A stretch of DNA of 64,000 nucleotides from an uncultured Gemmatimonadales bacterium (GCA_963715665.1 OY970263.1:253514-317513), one strand, 5' to 3'; positions 30,958 through 40,022 are shown, counted from the first letter of the stretch. Notes: a model not told the origin generated them from the sequence alone. Numbers and translations are program-made.

Positions 30958-31674
30958 ATGCGCTCGCCGGAGGTTGGTGGCCCTAAGTCGAGGCGTCGAC
31001 CGATGACTGTGTGCTGCCTGCTAACCGGCGAACCGACGGCGATTGACGCGGGGCCGCCTGCACCGCGCCCCCTGGGCACAGTGTTCGTGGTTCCGGGCGG
31101 CGATGATGATCTGGCGCGAGTCGCCGAGTCCGTCGACCAGTGGCGCGCCAGTCCGTGGTGCCCGACGGTGCTGGTCGGCGCCGATAACGTTACGCCTCGG
31201 ACGCTGGACCTGCTGGTTCCCTCTGCAATGCATGTAACCCCGCTTTGCGGTGAGGCCTTGCACCCGGTCGCCGAAATCAGGAACGGGATCGGTCAGCGCC
31301 GGATTCCCGACGCCACCGATGTTGCCGCCTACATCGCGTTCAGGACATCGCTCGGCCTCGCCAACCTGTACTGCGACATACGCGATTCGGCGGGCGACGC
31401 CGACTTTCTGCGCCGATCGCTCCGGAGGTACGGAGCATGGCTGCCCCACGATTGGCGGGCACTCGGGAGTTGCCTGGAGCTGGTCGCACGCGCGGTCGCG
31501 GCCGGGCATTCGGAGGCCATGGCGGCGGAGCTGGCGGGCGTGGACGTCAAGACGGTCTCGCGGTGGTGCCGTCGGTGCTTCGGGCTGACCTGGCGGGAGC
31601 TCGTGGGAATGGACGCCTGGGAGGCGGCGCTGGAGGCCGCTCTGCGGACGGGTGGATATGTAACAGACCGCTGA
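30958..31674 (+). CDS. island-borne HTH regulator (AraC-like C-terminal HTH), copy 1
   Basis: Near-identical paralogue of 47291..48007. The C-terminus (AAELAGVDVKTVSRWCRRCFGLTWRELV) is HTH-like. The start is uncertain: track TTG 30895 runs through the repeat, and ATG 30958 or 31003 are alternatives. Confidence 0.6.
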   Translation: MRSPEVGGPKSRRRPMTVCCLLTGEPTAIDAGPPAPRPLGTVFVVPGGDDDLARVAESVDQWRASPWCPTVLVGADNVTPRTLDLLVPSAMHVTPLCGEALHPVAEIRNGIGQRRIPDATDVAAYIAFRTSLGLANLYCDIRDSAGDADFLRRSLRRYGAWLPHDWRALGSCLELVARAVAAGHSEAMAAELAGVDVKTVSRWCRRCFGLTWRELVGMDAWEAALEAALRTGGYVTDR

Positions 31675-31872
31675 TCGGGGCGAAATTGGGCGAAAAACAG
31701 CGAAAGGCACTGCTTTCTGGTATGGCGGTTTCCGGGACGAAGGTGAGCATTGATGGGCGCGAGAACCGCCGAATCCCATCGCGTCGTCGAGACGTGGGAC
31801 TCAACGGTTCGGGTCTCTGAAACGGTTTGGAGCGGTTCACCGCCTCACGTTATAGGAACTGAGGGTAACACG

Positions 31873-32847
31873 ATGCCTATGCTCTTTCGGATGCCCCGAT
31901 GGATGCTTCTTGTATGCGTTCTCTCAGCAGTGGGCTGTCGGTCGGATACGATGGCTACAACGAGCGGCTATCAGGGCCAAACGGTAAGTGGAGCTAGTGG
32001 ACTATCGAAGAAGCAAATGATGACCGCGATCTTGACGCGGAGTCGTATCGCACGCGGAACGTTGCGACCGACTCAATCTGTGATTCGCACCTATGACAGG
32101 AACGGTGAGCCTCTGAGCGAGATAGTGGATTCGTCGGGCACATGGATTCGTCGAACACCATCGATCCCTGACTCGTTGATGCGCAAACCACTGTCCTCAT
32201 TTCTAAATGGGGAAACGCCCGCACCCGGTCCGAAGATGGCGTCGCTCATCGTGGGCGCCCCCGTTGGCACCTACTCGTTCAGTACGACACTCGGCGGTGA
32301 GCCGCTCAGCGTCACTGATTCGACGTGGACCGACACGCCGAGTGCGTGGGTGAATCCGACCCGAGACGCCTCGAATCCGTATGCGCCATTTGAGGGCGAT
32401 TTCTTCGCGGTCGACTCAAGCAATATCTACAACGTCCTTGCGGTTGGCAGCAATAGCGTCGACCTAGTCATGGTGTCGCCTGACAGTTCCGACGATGCTG
32501 GCGACTTCGTGGAGATTGATCCAGATGACAGCGCGATCGTGCAAGCTCAATCCGAGTTCACAACTGACACCGCCGAATCGGGCTATCTGCGCACCGGTGG
32601 AAGTTCTGCGGGGGCCTCTGGCACGGAGTTGGCGTCGCCAGGCGTGGTTGGTTTCCTGACACTCTGCCAGGGTGCCAGGATTACACTAGGGTTCGCAGCG
32701 GCGAAGACCGTGTTCTTTGGTGTGTTGGCGATCGCGTCGCTTGGAGATCAACCGGAATTCGCGGTTTGGGCTGGAAAGCAGGCGGTGCAGTCGCTGGCGC
32801 TAGCTGGAGCATCCTACTACACTGCGCACAAGAACGGGTGCTTATAG
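31873..32847 (+). CDS. hypothetical lipoprotein with hydrophobic C-terminal region
   Basis: GAGGG before ATG 31873 and a lipobox (LSAVGC). The last ~70 aa form two hydrophobic/Gly-Ala-rich segments. Lower-GC region. Confidence 0.6.
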   Translation: MPMLFRMPRWMLLVCVLSAVGCRSDTMATTSGYQGQTVSGASGLSKKQMMTAILTRSRIARGTLRPTQSVIRTYDRNGEPLSEIVDSSGTWIRRTPSIPDSLMRKPLSSFLNGETPAPGPKMASLIVGAPVGTYSFSTTLGGEPLSVTDSTWTDTPSAWVNPTRDASNPYAPFEGDFFAVDSSNIYNVLAVGSNSVDLVMVSPDSSDDAGDFVEIDPDDSAIVQAQSEFTTDTAESGYLRTGGSSAGASGTELASPGVVGFLTLCQGARITLGFAAAKTVFFGVLAIASLGDQPEFAVWAGKQAVQSLALAGASYYTAHKNGCL

Positions 32848-32937
32848 TTGCGCTGACAGCATGGGCCGAGCTCGGATTGGCGCACGTAGGCTGTCGGGCA
32901 CTTGAGAATTGCGACTCGTTGGCCGTTGAGGTGTTCG

Positions 32938-33252
32938 ATGAAGCAGAGTCCGCCGGATCTTATCATGGCCGCTGTCTTTCTCGGTTTGGCTGTCGTGTTC
33001 TGGCTCACCCGACCAGGAGCATTCCTCCGGAGGCAGTTGCCGAGCAGCCGATTGGGCACTTGGGCTACGATCGAGTCGTTGCTAAGCATCGGGCTATGTG
33101 TCGTTGCCTTCGTTGCATGGCTAGTTCCAGGGGGGTCGATAACGTGGACTCTTCGGGCTGCACCATTCGCGTGGTTCATCTTTGGCGGCGGGGGAGTTGC
33201 AAATGTCTGGGGAGGATGGTCAGTCTGGAACTCGCACAGACACCGTCGGTAG
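32938..33252 (+). CDS. small multi-TM membrane protein
   Basis: 104 aa with three to four hydrophobic helices and a basic tail. Its stop lay 4 nt before the next gene prior to IS insertion. Confidence 0.5.
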   Translation: MKQSPPDLIMAAVFLGLAVVFWLTRPGAFLRRQLPSSRLGTWATIESLLSIGLCVVAFVAWLVPGGSITWTLRAAPFAWFIFGGGGVANVWGGWSVWNSHRHRR

Positions 33253-33310
33253 CTGCATGATGAATCGCCCCGGGTTTGCCGGAGGCTCCAATCTGTGAGA
33301 GGTTGGAGGC

Positions 33311-33631
33311 ATGGACAAACGAACCCGATATTCGCCTGAAGTCCGGGAGCGCGCCACCCGCCTGGTCCTGGAGCAGCAAGCGGCCCACGGCTCGCAGTGG
33401 CAGGCCATTCGCTCCGTGGCCGACCAGATTGGCTGCACGCCGGAGTCGCTACGCCGCTGGGTGCGGCAAGCGGAAACCGACACCGGCCGCCGGGCCGGCC
33501 TGACGACGAGTGAGCAGCAGCGCGTGAAGGAACTGGTGCGGGAGAATCGCGGGCTGCGGCGCGCGAATGCAATCCTGCGCAAGGCGTCGGCGTATTTTGC
33601 GCAGGCGGAGCTCGACCGCCGCGGGACGTGA
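33311..33631 (+). CDS. IS3-family transposase OrfA (HTH)
   Basis: RYSPEVRERATRLVLE...LRRWVRQAE...leucine-zipper-like...KASAYFAQAE is typical of IS3 OrfA. Confidence 0.8.
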   Translation: MDKRTRYSPEVRERATRLVLEQQAAHGSQWQAIRSVADQIGCTPESLRRWVRQAETDTGRRAGLTTSEQQRVKELVRENRGLRRANAILRKASAYFAQAELDRRGT

Positions 33632-34536
33632 TGGTGGCGTTCCTCGACGCGCACCGTGCGACGTACGGAGTCGAGCCGATCTGAGCCCAGCTGCCGATCG
33701 CTCCGTCGACCTACTTCGAGCAGAAGGCGCGCGAGCGCGATCCGGCCCGGCTCCCCGCACGCACGCAGCACGATGCCGTGCTGATCCCAGCCATCACCCG
33801 GGTCTGGCAGCGCACGCGGCGACGCTACAGCGCGGACAAGGTGTGGAAGCCATTGAATCGGGAACAGATCCGGGTGGCGCACTGCATGGTCGAGCGCCTG
33901 ATGCAGGCGCACGGACTGCGGGGCGTGGTGCGCCGCAAACGCCGCTTCACCACGGTCCCCGATCTCCTAGCCGACCGGCCGGAGAACCTGGGGCAACGCA
34001 ACTTCACCGCCACGCGGCCCAACCAGCTGTGGGTCTCGGATCTGACCTACGTCGTGACGTGGCGGGACATGGTGTACGTGGCGCTTGTTACCGACGCCTT
34101 CTCGCGCCGCATCGTGGGCTGGCGGGCGAGCACGTCGCTGCGGACCGACCTGGCGCTCGACGCGCTGGAGCAGGCGCTGTACGATCGGGACACCGACGCC
34201 CCGCTCGTCCACCATAGCGACCGTGGATCGCAATAACTTGCCATCCGCTACACCGAACGCCTGCTTGCCGCGGGGATCGAGTCCTCGGTCGGCAGTCGCG
34301 GCGATGCGTACGACAATGCGTTGGCCGAAACGGTCAATGGGCTCTACAAGGCGGCAGTGATTCATCAACTCGGCCCGCGGAAGGGCTTGGAGGAGGTCGA
34401 GTACGCCACCCTCGAATGGGTGGCGTGGTACAATAGTGAGCGGCTGATGGAACCGCTGGGCTATCTCCCGCCGGCGGAATATGAGGAGCAGTTTCATCGG
34501 GCCCGGACCGACATCGCGGTCCCGGCACTCAACTAA
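33628..34536 (+). pseudogene. IS3-family transposase OrfB with two in-frame stops
   Basis: DDE-type OrfB (LWVSDLTYV...HHSDRGSQ*LAIRY...GDAYDNALAE), interrupted by TGA at 33682-33684 and TAA at 34234-34236 in the same frame. Confidence 0.8.
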
Positions 34537-34568
34537 CCGAGTCTCCGAGAAAGCCGGGGCGATTCATC

Positions 34569-35699
34569 ATGACTCTTCGGCGCCTGTTGGGAGTCGTGCT
34601 TTTCACCTGTGTGCGGGTATGGTCGCATCCTGGTCCTGTGTTTGGTCAGCAGGTATGGCGGCTGACGGAGGACCTGCGGATTGGTGGCGCTGATGCAGGC
34701 CCTGCCTCGTTCGCCGAGGTGGGCGATGTCGCGGTTGACGGGGCATCGGATATCTTTGTTCTGGACTATAAGGCTAGCGAGATTCGCGAATTCGATTCGG
34801 TCGGCCGCTTTGTACGCACGATTGGTCGCGTTGGTGCTGGCCCCGGCGAATACGGTCAGCGAGTCCATGGCATTCGTACCGCTCCCGACGGGCGGCTGTG
34901 GGTCAACGATGCGGAACACGGCCGTTTGGTGGTATTCGACTCGAACGGTTCGTTTTATCGACAGGTGTTGAGGCGCTACAACGGATTCAGTGCTGTATGG
35001 CATGCTCGATTTGACACGCTCGGTCGCCTCATGGAGGTTATCCCGTCGGTTGATTCCGCGGGATCTGCGGTACTGGCTGCCCTTCGATTGGACCCGAAGA
35101 CGTTAGCGTGGAGTGTACATGCGCTGCCGTGGTTCTCTGACTTCCAAGTGAGCTCGGATCGAAATCGCTGGCATTATCGCAATACTTCTGGGGGCGGTAC
35201 GATTGCAATACCGTTTGCACCTCAATCGTTGAGCGTCTTTGACCCGGCGGGGACTTGGTGGTGCAGCGCCGCGACATCATATCAGGTTCGGCTCGTTGAC
35301 ATAGACAATGGTGATGTCATCGCGAGCATTCGAAAGAAAGCTGCACGGTATGACATTGGACGGTCCGTGCGCGATTCCGCAATGACGGCGGTTGCGGCTA
35401 TCATGTCGTCGGTTCCCCGTGGTACGGTTGACTTGGATGCGATCCCGAAGACGTACCCGCCGGTCGGTGGGCTCGCCGTCGATGATAAACACGAGTTGTG
35501 GGTCACGTACGAAACGGAACGTGGTCCGAAGATCGATGTGTGGTCCCCGGACGGCACACGCATCGCGATGCTCAATGCACCGCCGGGGACTCTCGCCAAA
35601 TGGATCTTGGTGATTTCCCAAGGACGATACTACACGGTAGCGCTCGACCATGACGATGTGCCCTTCGTCGTTCGGTACCGGATTGACAGAGAGCACTGA
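34569..35699 (+). CDS. six-bladed beta-propeller family protein (GxGPGEF type), paralogue 1
   Basis: Signal peptide, repeated ...V.D..G.... strands and GRVGAGPGEY. Paralogous to 41161, 48946, 50883 and 52363. Its ATG is formed at the IS junction. Confidence 0.7.
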   Translation: MTLRRLLGVVLFTCVRVWSHPGPVFGQQVWRLTEDLRIGGADAGPASFAEVGDVAVDGASDIFVLDYKASEIREFDSVGRFVRTIGRVGAGPGEYGQRVHGIRTAPDGRLWVNDAEHGRLVVFDSNGSFYRQVLRRYNGFSAVWHARFDTLGRLMEVIPSVDSAGSAVLAALRLDPKTLAWSVHALPWFSDFQVSSDRNRWHYRNTSGGGTIAIPFAPQSLSVFDPAGTWWCSAATSYQVRLVDIDNGDVIASIRKKAARYDIGRSVRDSAMTAVAAIMSSVPRGTVDLDAIPKTYPPVGGLAVDDKHELWVTYETERGPKIDVWSPDGTRIAMLNAPPGTLAKWILVISQGRYYTVALDHDDVPFVVRYRIDREH

Positions 35700-35916
35700 T
35701 CATCGGGCGCTCTGCTGACACTGACGTCTCCCGTCAAGACCTGGCCGTCCAATGTGGAGGGGGTTCGTCCGGACGATTGAACAGATGCTGACGTTCCCCG
35801 CGACAGGTAGGGCAGTTCAGGAGGACAGCGGTTTGACGTGGGAAAGCGCATTGTGGCGCGGAACGATGCCAAGCTCGTCGATCGGAGCGCCGCTTTCGAT
35901 TGTCGGGTCGACCCTT

Positions 35917-36153
35917 CGCTCACCGGCCGCGCACAGGGTGCTAGTTCAGACGCCGATGACCGCAAAGTGACTGCCACGTCGGCGGTCTGACCGAGACTAG
36001 CCGCAGCGTCCGCCGGACCGCTTGCCCGACTCGCGCCGTGTCCCTTTATGTGTCTGCCTCGGCTCGCGCGCCGCTTGCACGGTCCAGTTCCGCCGAGGCA
36101 AGCCAGATCATCCAGGGACCAACCTTGGGCTTATCCGTGTCCGGGATAGGGCG
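35917..36153. repeat. conserved non-coding module downstream of the XRE gene (copy 1)
   Basis: Near-identical to 44247-44481. Contains a hairpin, GCCTCGGC...GCCGAGGC (36056-36099), and a longer imperfect palindrome, GCTAGTTCAGAC...GTCTGACCGAGACTAGC. Confidence 0.7.
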
Positions 36154-36402
36154 TCACCGGGCCACCGAGGGGACAGGCGGCGGTTCGCACCCCAGGAAGG
36201 CGGCGATTGCCGGGCGGGTCGCTGGCACCGGGTCCGTCTTGCCCAACTCCCAGTTCGTCACCGTGGCCGTGTCCACGCCGATCTGGGCCGCCACCTCTCG
36301 TTGCAATAGCTCAAGATCAATCCGCCGAGCCCTGATCTCGTCCCCTAAGTGTTTGATCTGCTTGGGGTAACCCGGCTTCGGGGTGGGTGCCGTCAGCCGC
36401 AA
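36154..36402 (-). CDS. XRE-family HTH protein, island-end copy 1
   Basis: 82 aa (LGDEIRARRIDLELLQREVAAQIGVDTATVTNWELG). The TTG start lies ~16 nt from the comM-fragment junction. Three paralogous copies are present. Confidence 0.7.
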   Translation of the reverse strand: MRLTAPTPKPGYPKQIKHLGDEIRARRIDLELLQREVAAQIGVDTATVTNWELGKTDPVPATRPAIAAFLGCEPPPVPSVAR

Positions 36403-36418
36403 CGGCAGTTTGGCAACA

Positions 36419-36904
36419 AATCCCTGTCCCTGCGGCTACCTGGGTGACGCGACGCGGCAGTGCAGCTGTTCGCCGATGGCGGTGCAGCGGTACCGCGCGA
36501 AGATCTCCGGGCCGCTGCTCGACCGGGTGGATATCCACCTGAGTGTCCCGCCGGTGGCCTACGACGATCTCACCGCGCGCAAGGCAGCGGAATCGAGTAC
36601 CGTGGTGCGGCAGCGGGTGGAAGCGGCGCGGGCGCGGCAGCTGGAGCGGTTCCGGGAAGTGCGCGGGGTGTATGCCAATGCGCACATGGGTCCCAGGGAG
36701 CTGGCCAGGTTCGTGCGGACCGATGCCGCGACCGATGCGGTGCTCAAGCAGGCGATCGTCAAGCTGGGGCTGTCGGCGCGGGCGTATCACCGCGTGCTCA
36801 AACTGGCGCGGACACTGGCGGATCTGGAGGGGGTGGCCGAGGTGGGGCCGCAGCATGTGGGGGAGGCGATCCAGTACCGGGTGCTGGATCGGGGGGAGGG
36901 GTGA
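36419..36904 (+). pseudogene. comM: comM 3' fragment (copy 1)
   Basis: Matches comM 30332-30817 from NPCPCGYLGDATRQCSC to the stop, with only a few amino-acid substitutions. It lacks the 5' two thirds. Confidence 0.9.
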
Positions 36905-36952
36905 GGGCCGGGGGCGACATAGAGGCCACCGATCAACGCTTGACTGTCGGGC

Positions 36953-37657
36953 GTGGGACGGTATCCGGCCCGATGCCCTTGGCTCCTGACAGTCGCTGTC
37001 GTGGCGGACCACGATTCATCGGGGAGCGCACGATTGTTTGGCCTCGGGGGCTGCGGTGTGCGCTATCTGGTAGACGTTGGGCAGGAGGGCGGGTGGGCTA
37101 GGTTGCGGCGGTTGGTCGCAGAATCCGGAGGTCGCACGACCACGGCCATCCTGGCCAAGGTCCTGCCGGCGTTGGGAGACACCACTGACGGTACGCGCCA
37201 TTTCTTCGACACGATGGTACGTTCTGCGCCCCGCATTTGGACCGCAACGTTGTTAGCCGGCGTCCTCAGGGTCCGAAGCAGCACCCTCAACTCGCGGTTT
37301 GCCCGTGCCGGACTGCCGACGCCGAAGACGTACCTGGCAATGATCCGGCTTGCGTACGCAGCAGCCCTCTTTGATGAGACCGAAGCGACAATCGCGGAGG
37401 TGGCCTATCGTCTCGGCTTCGCCTCGCCACAGTCCTTCGGGCGCCATCTCCGAATCGGTCTTGGAGTGACTGGGAGTGAGTTTCGGTGCCGGTTCCCATT
37501 CAACGTCATGCTTGATCGGTTCCTTGCGGCGTTGGTGCTGCCGAATGGGCCGGTCTGGACGGGCTTCGATCCATTGGCCGCGAGACGATTGGGGCGTGGC
37601 GCATCATCTGCGGCAGAAGTTCGAGGGAGTCGAGCCGGATTCGCTATCGATCGATGA
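36953..37657 (+). CDS. AraC-type HTH regulator
   Basis: The C-terminus (TIAEVAYRLGFASPQSFGRHLRIGLGVTGSEFR) is an AraC-family HTH. The N-terminal extent is uncertain. Confidence 0.6.
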   Translation: MGRYPARCPWLLTVAVVADHDSSGSARLFGLGGCGVRYLVDVGQEGGWARLRRLVAESGGRTTTAILAKVLPALGDTTDGTRHFFDTMVRSAPRIWTATLLAGVLRVRSSTLNSRFARAGLPTPKTYLAMIRLAYAAALFDETEATIAEVAYRLGFASPQSFGRHLRIGLGVTGSEFRCRFPFNVMLDRFLAALVLPNGPVWTGFDPLAARRLGRGASSAAEVRGSRAGFAIDR

Positions 37658-37668
37658 GTGAGGTCGTG

Positions 37669-37696
37669 AAAGCCAGCGACATTGGTCGCTGGCTTT
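37669..37696 (+). terminator. stem-loop downstream of the AraC-like gene
   Basis: AAAGCCAGCGAC-ATTG-GTCGCTGGCTTT is a perfect 12-bp stem followed by GTGG (weak U tract). Confidence 0.5.
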
Positions 37697-37752
37697 GTGG
37701 TGCAGTGCTCTCTCCGGGGGCGCTAGGCGGTCAAGGATATTGTGGAACGTTC

Positions 37753-37780
37753 TTGACTAGAACGATTACCGCATTATAAC
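37753..37780 (+). promoter_or_regulatory. sigma-70-like promoter candidate
   Basis: TTGACT, a 16-nt spacer, then TATAAC, in an AT-richer gap ~90 nt upstream of the XRE gene at 37872. Confidence 0.4.
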
Positions 37781-37871
37781 TTCACCTTGGAATCTGTGGT
37801 CGTGTATGCGAACGTTGACCGGCCGGGATCATGACCGGTGTCGAGAGTCCTTTGATCGTTGACGGGACCTT

Positions 37872-38330
37872 ATGCCAAGCACGAATAGGAGCGAGATAGG
37901 GTCGAGGCTGCAGCGCATTCTCCGAGATCAGGCCATGGGCCAGATCGATTTGGCCCGGCTGGTCGGCACGACGCAATCGACCATCAGCCGTGTCGTCTCG
38001 GGGAAGATGGGTCTGTCTGTTGACTTGGCAATACGAATTGCCGATGTCGCCGGAGTTCGAGTTGGCTGGTTGCTTAGTGGCGAACCGCCCGTTAGACCGG
38101 ACGAAGCGTTGGAAGTCGCGCTCACGAATTCATATGAAACGGGCTGGCTCGATGCCACAAGTGTTTTGGAAGGCGCCTTCAAAGCTTTGAGAGGATTGAA
38201 GGGTCGATCCGGTTCGCCTGAAATCACTGACTTCGTGGCGCAACTCGAGGTGCAACGACCTGAATTCATCAATCTGATCCGACGTCGTCTCACGAAAAGC
38301 TCCTCCCAGCGGCGCCGGAATTCAGCCTGA
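37872..38330 (+). CDS. XRE-family transcriptional regulator with C-terminal extension
   Basis: HTH (IDLARLVGTTQSTISRVVSGK), then RVGWLLSGEPP and a helical tail. Same architecture as 60426..60914. Confidence 0.7.
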   Translation: MPSTNRSEIGSRLQRILRDQAMGQIDLARLVGTTQSTISRVVSGKMGLSVDLAIRIADVAGVRVGWLLSGEPPVRPDEALEVALTNSYETGWLDATSVLEGAFKALRGLKGRSGSPEITDFVAQLEVQRPEFINLIRRRLTKSSSQRRRNSA

Positions 38331-38363
38331 GAAGAATTGGTGGATGCCCCTAGTGGGCCAGCA

Positions 38364-38693
38364 TCAGGCCCTCACGGGTCGCTGGCCCGGGTCGTTTGGG
38401 ATTGGCCGCTGAATTGAATCGCACGTGGAGTCCGGAGCGACGGCTCGTACATGCTTCTGGCGACGGTCTAGGCGTAAGCGCCTCGCTTCCATAGGGCGAA
38501 ACCCCGTTGGCGATTCATAACTGATCGGAACTGCAGCCCCTTTCGACACCGCAAGCCATAGTTGTCGGGAACTGTCCACTTGCCGTGCGATCACGATAGG
38601 AAACCGGTGACTTAGGTCACGCAGGATGATATCGCCGCAGCGAATACCGAGTGGCGGATAATCGGCGACTGCCAAATAGTACGTAGGTGGCAT
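38364..38693 (-). CDS. hypothetical protein (weak call)
   Basis: Only an ORF with no recognisable motif. Its start overlaps the reconstructed 5' end of the IS-split peptide gene on the other strand. Confidence 0.2.
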   Translation of the reverse strand: MPPTYYLAVADYPPLGIRCGDIILRDLSHRFPIVIARQVDSSRQLWLAVSKGAAVPISYESPTGFRPMEARRLRLDRRQKHVRAVAPDSTCDSIQRPIPNDPGQRPVRA

Positions 38694-38778
38694 TGAACCA
38701 TCCTAGAGGATCGGTGTGAGCTGACCCCGGTTTGGAGGACACACCATTTAGGTGTTTTCCTTCATCTGGGAGGTCAGG

Positions 38779-39072
38779 ATGCGGACCAGGCGGCAGTTCA
38801 GTCGGGAGTATAAGCTCGAGGCAGTACGGTTGGTGCTGGAGCGCGGGGTGAGTATCGCCCAGGCGGCTCGCGATCTGGATATCCACGTGAATTCCCTGCG
38901 CAAATGGATTGACGACTTCAAGCAGGATCCGGCGCACGCGTTCCCCGGCGAGGGGCGCCAGAAGCCCGACGATGCGGAAGTGACCCGGCTGCGGCGCGAG
39001 GTGGCGCAGTTGCGGATGGAGCGTGACATCCTAAAAAAAGCCGCGGCGTACTTCGCCAAGGAAGCGACGTGA
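38779..39072 (+). CDS. IS3-family transposase OrfA
   Basis: RRQFSREYKLEAVRLVLERGVSIAQAARDLDIHVNSLRKW...ILKKAAAYFAKE. Confidence 0.85.
   Translation: MRTRRQFSREYKLEAVRLVLERGVSIAQAARDLDIHVNSLRKWIDDFKQDPAHAFPGEGRQKPDDAEVTRLRREVAQLRMERDILKKAAAYFAKEAT
39033..39040 (+). promoter_or_regulatory. programmed -1 ribosomal frameshift site (A AAA AAA G)
   Basis: A7G lies in the orfA zero frame (CTA AAA AAA GCC). The -1 frame reads straight into orfB (…VKFRFVAKYR). Confidence 0.75.
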
Positions 39073-39935
39073 AGTTCCGCTTCGTGGCGAAGTACCGGAC
39101 CACGTGGCCAGTGCGAGCGATCTGCCAGGCCTTGGCGGTCTCGCCAAGCGGCTTTTACGCCTGGCTTCGGCGCGGGCCAAGTGCGCGCGCCCGCCGGCAT
39201 GCCGCGCTGATGCCAGCGATCCGCACCGCGTTTCTGCAGAGCGATCGCACCTACGGCGCCCACAAGATCCTCCGCGATGTGCGCGAGCTGGGGCACGCGT
39301 GCGGTCGGCATCAGGTCGCCCGGCTGATGCGGGCCCAGGCGCTGCGGGCCCGTCCGCGGCGCCGCGCGGTGCCGGTGGATCGCGGGGTGCGGCCGAGCAC
39401 GGCGCCGGCGGCGAATCTGCTCGCTCGGCAATTCGTCGCCACGGCGCCGAATCAGAAATGGGTCGCCGACTTCACGTACATCTGGGCGGGCGAGGGCTGG
39501 CTCTACGTCGCGGTCGTGCTGGATCTCTTCTCGCGCCGTGTGGTGGGTTGGGCGATGCAGCCGGCCATGACGACGCAGCTCGTCACCGACGCCCTGATGA
39601 TGGCGGTATGGCGGCGCGGACACCCGCAGGCGGTGCTGCATCACTCGGACCGGGGGAGTCAGTATACGAGCGACGACTTCCAGCGCCTGCTCCGCGATCT
39701 GGGGGTGACGTGCAGTCTGAGTCGGGCGGGCAATGTGTGGGACAATTCGGTGATGGAGAGTTTCTTCTCGATCCTGAAGACCGAGCGCACCGCGCGTCGC
39801 CAGTATCGCACGCGGGCCGACGCCCGGGCCGACATCTTCGACTACATCGAGCGCTTCTACAATCCGGTCCGTCGGCATTCGACGCTCGGCTATCTCAGTC
39901 CGGTGATGTATGAACGACAGGCAGAAGTAGCTTAG
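39069..39935 (+). CDS. IS3-family transposase OrfB (DDE)
   Basis: WVADFTYIW...LHHSDRGSQYTS...GNVWDNSVMESFF is a DDE integrase-like catalytic core with no internal stops. Confidence 0.9.
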   Translation: MKFRFVAKYRTTWPVRAICQALAVSPSGFYAWLRRGPSARARRHAALMPAIRTAFLQSDRTYGAHKILRDVRELGHACGRHQVARLMRAQALRARPRRRAVPVDRGVRPSTAPAANLLARQFVATAPNQKWVADFTYIWAGEGWLYVAVVLDLFSRRVVGWAMQPAMTTQLVTDALMMAVWRRGHPQAVLHHSDRGSQYTSDDFQRLLRDLGVTCSLSRAGNVWDNSVMESFFSILKTERTARRQYRTRADARADIFDYIERFYNPVRRHSTLGYLSPVMYERQAEVA

Positions 39936-40022
39936 GCAGGTGTCCACGAACTCGGGGTCAGCTCAGTTGCCCTATCGGCTGGCGTAGCACTGCTTGGTGC
40001 ACGCAACAAGCCAGCCTGGGCG

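Larger units (their letters stand above)
33258..34569 (+). mobile_element. IS3-family insertion sequence, degenerate copy
   Basis: Terminal inverted repeats TGATGAATCGCCCCGG (33258...) and CCGGGGCGATTCATCA (...34569), with orfA and orfB inside. TGA occurs at both junctions (a 3-bp target duplication or part of the inverted repeat). Confidence 0.85.
38717..39965 (+). mobile_element. IS3-family (IS407-like) insertion sequence, apparently intact
   Basis: Inverted repeats TGAGCTGACCCCGGTTTGGAGGACAC (38717...) and GTGTCCACGAACTCGGGGTCAGCTCA (...39965), with orfA/orfB and an A7G slippery site. The flanking triplets GTG and GTT are not identical. Confidence 0.9.

Noticed and set aside
35630-35977. 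ORFs on the minus strand inside the conserved island-end module (also at 44215-44463), and a conserved 21-codon mini-ORF (MIWLASAELDRASGARAEADT)
   Set aside because: The long ORFs are not collinear between the two copies. The mini-ORF has no SD and its conservation is explained by overall DNA identity. I treat the region as non-coding and structured.
36383-36904. 173-aa ORFs (also at 46608-47129) as independent genes
   Set aside because: They are comM C-terminal fragments whose first ~12 codons are antisense to the XRE start region. They lack the ATPase core, so I call them pseudogene or att remnants.
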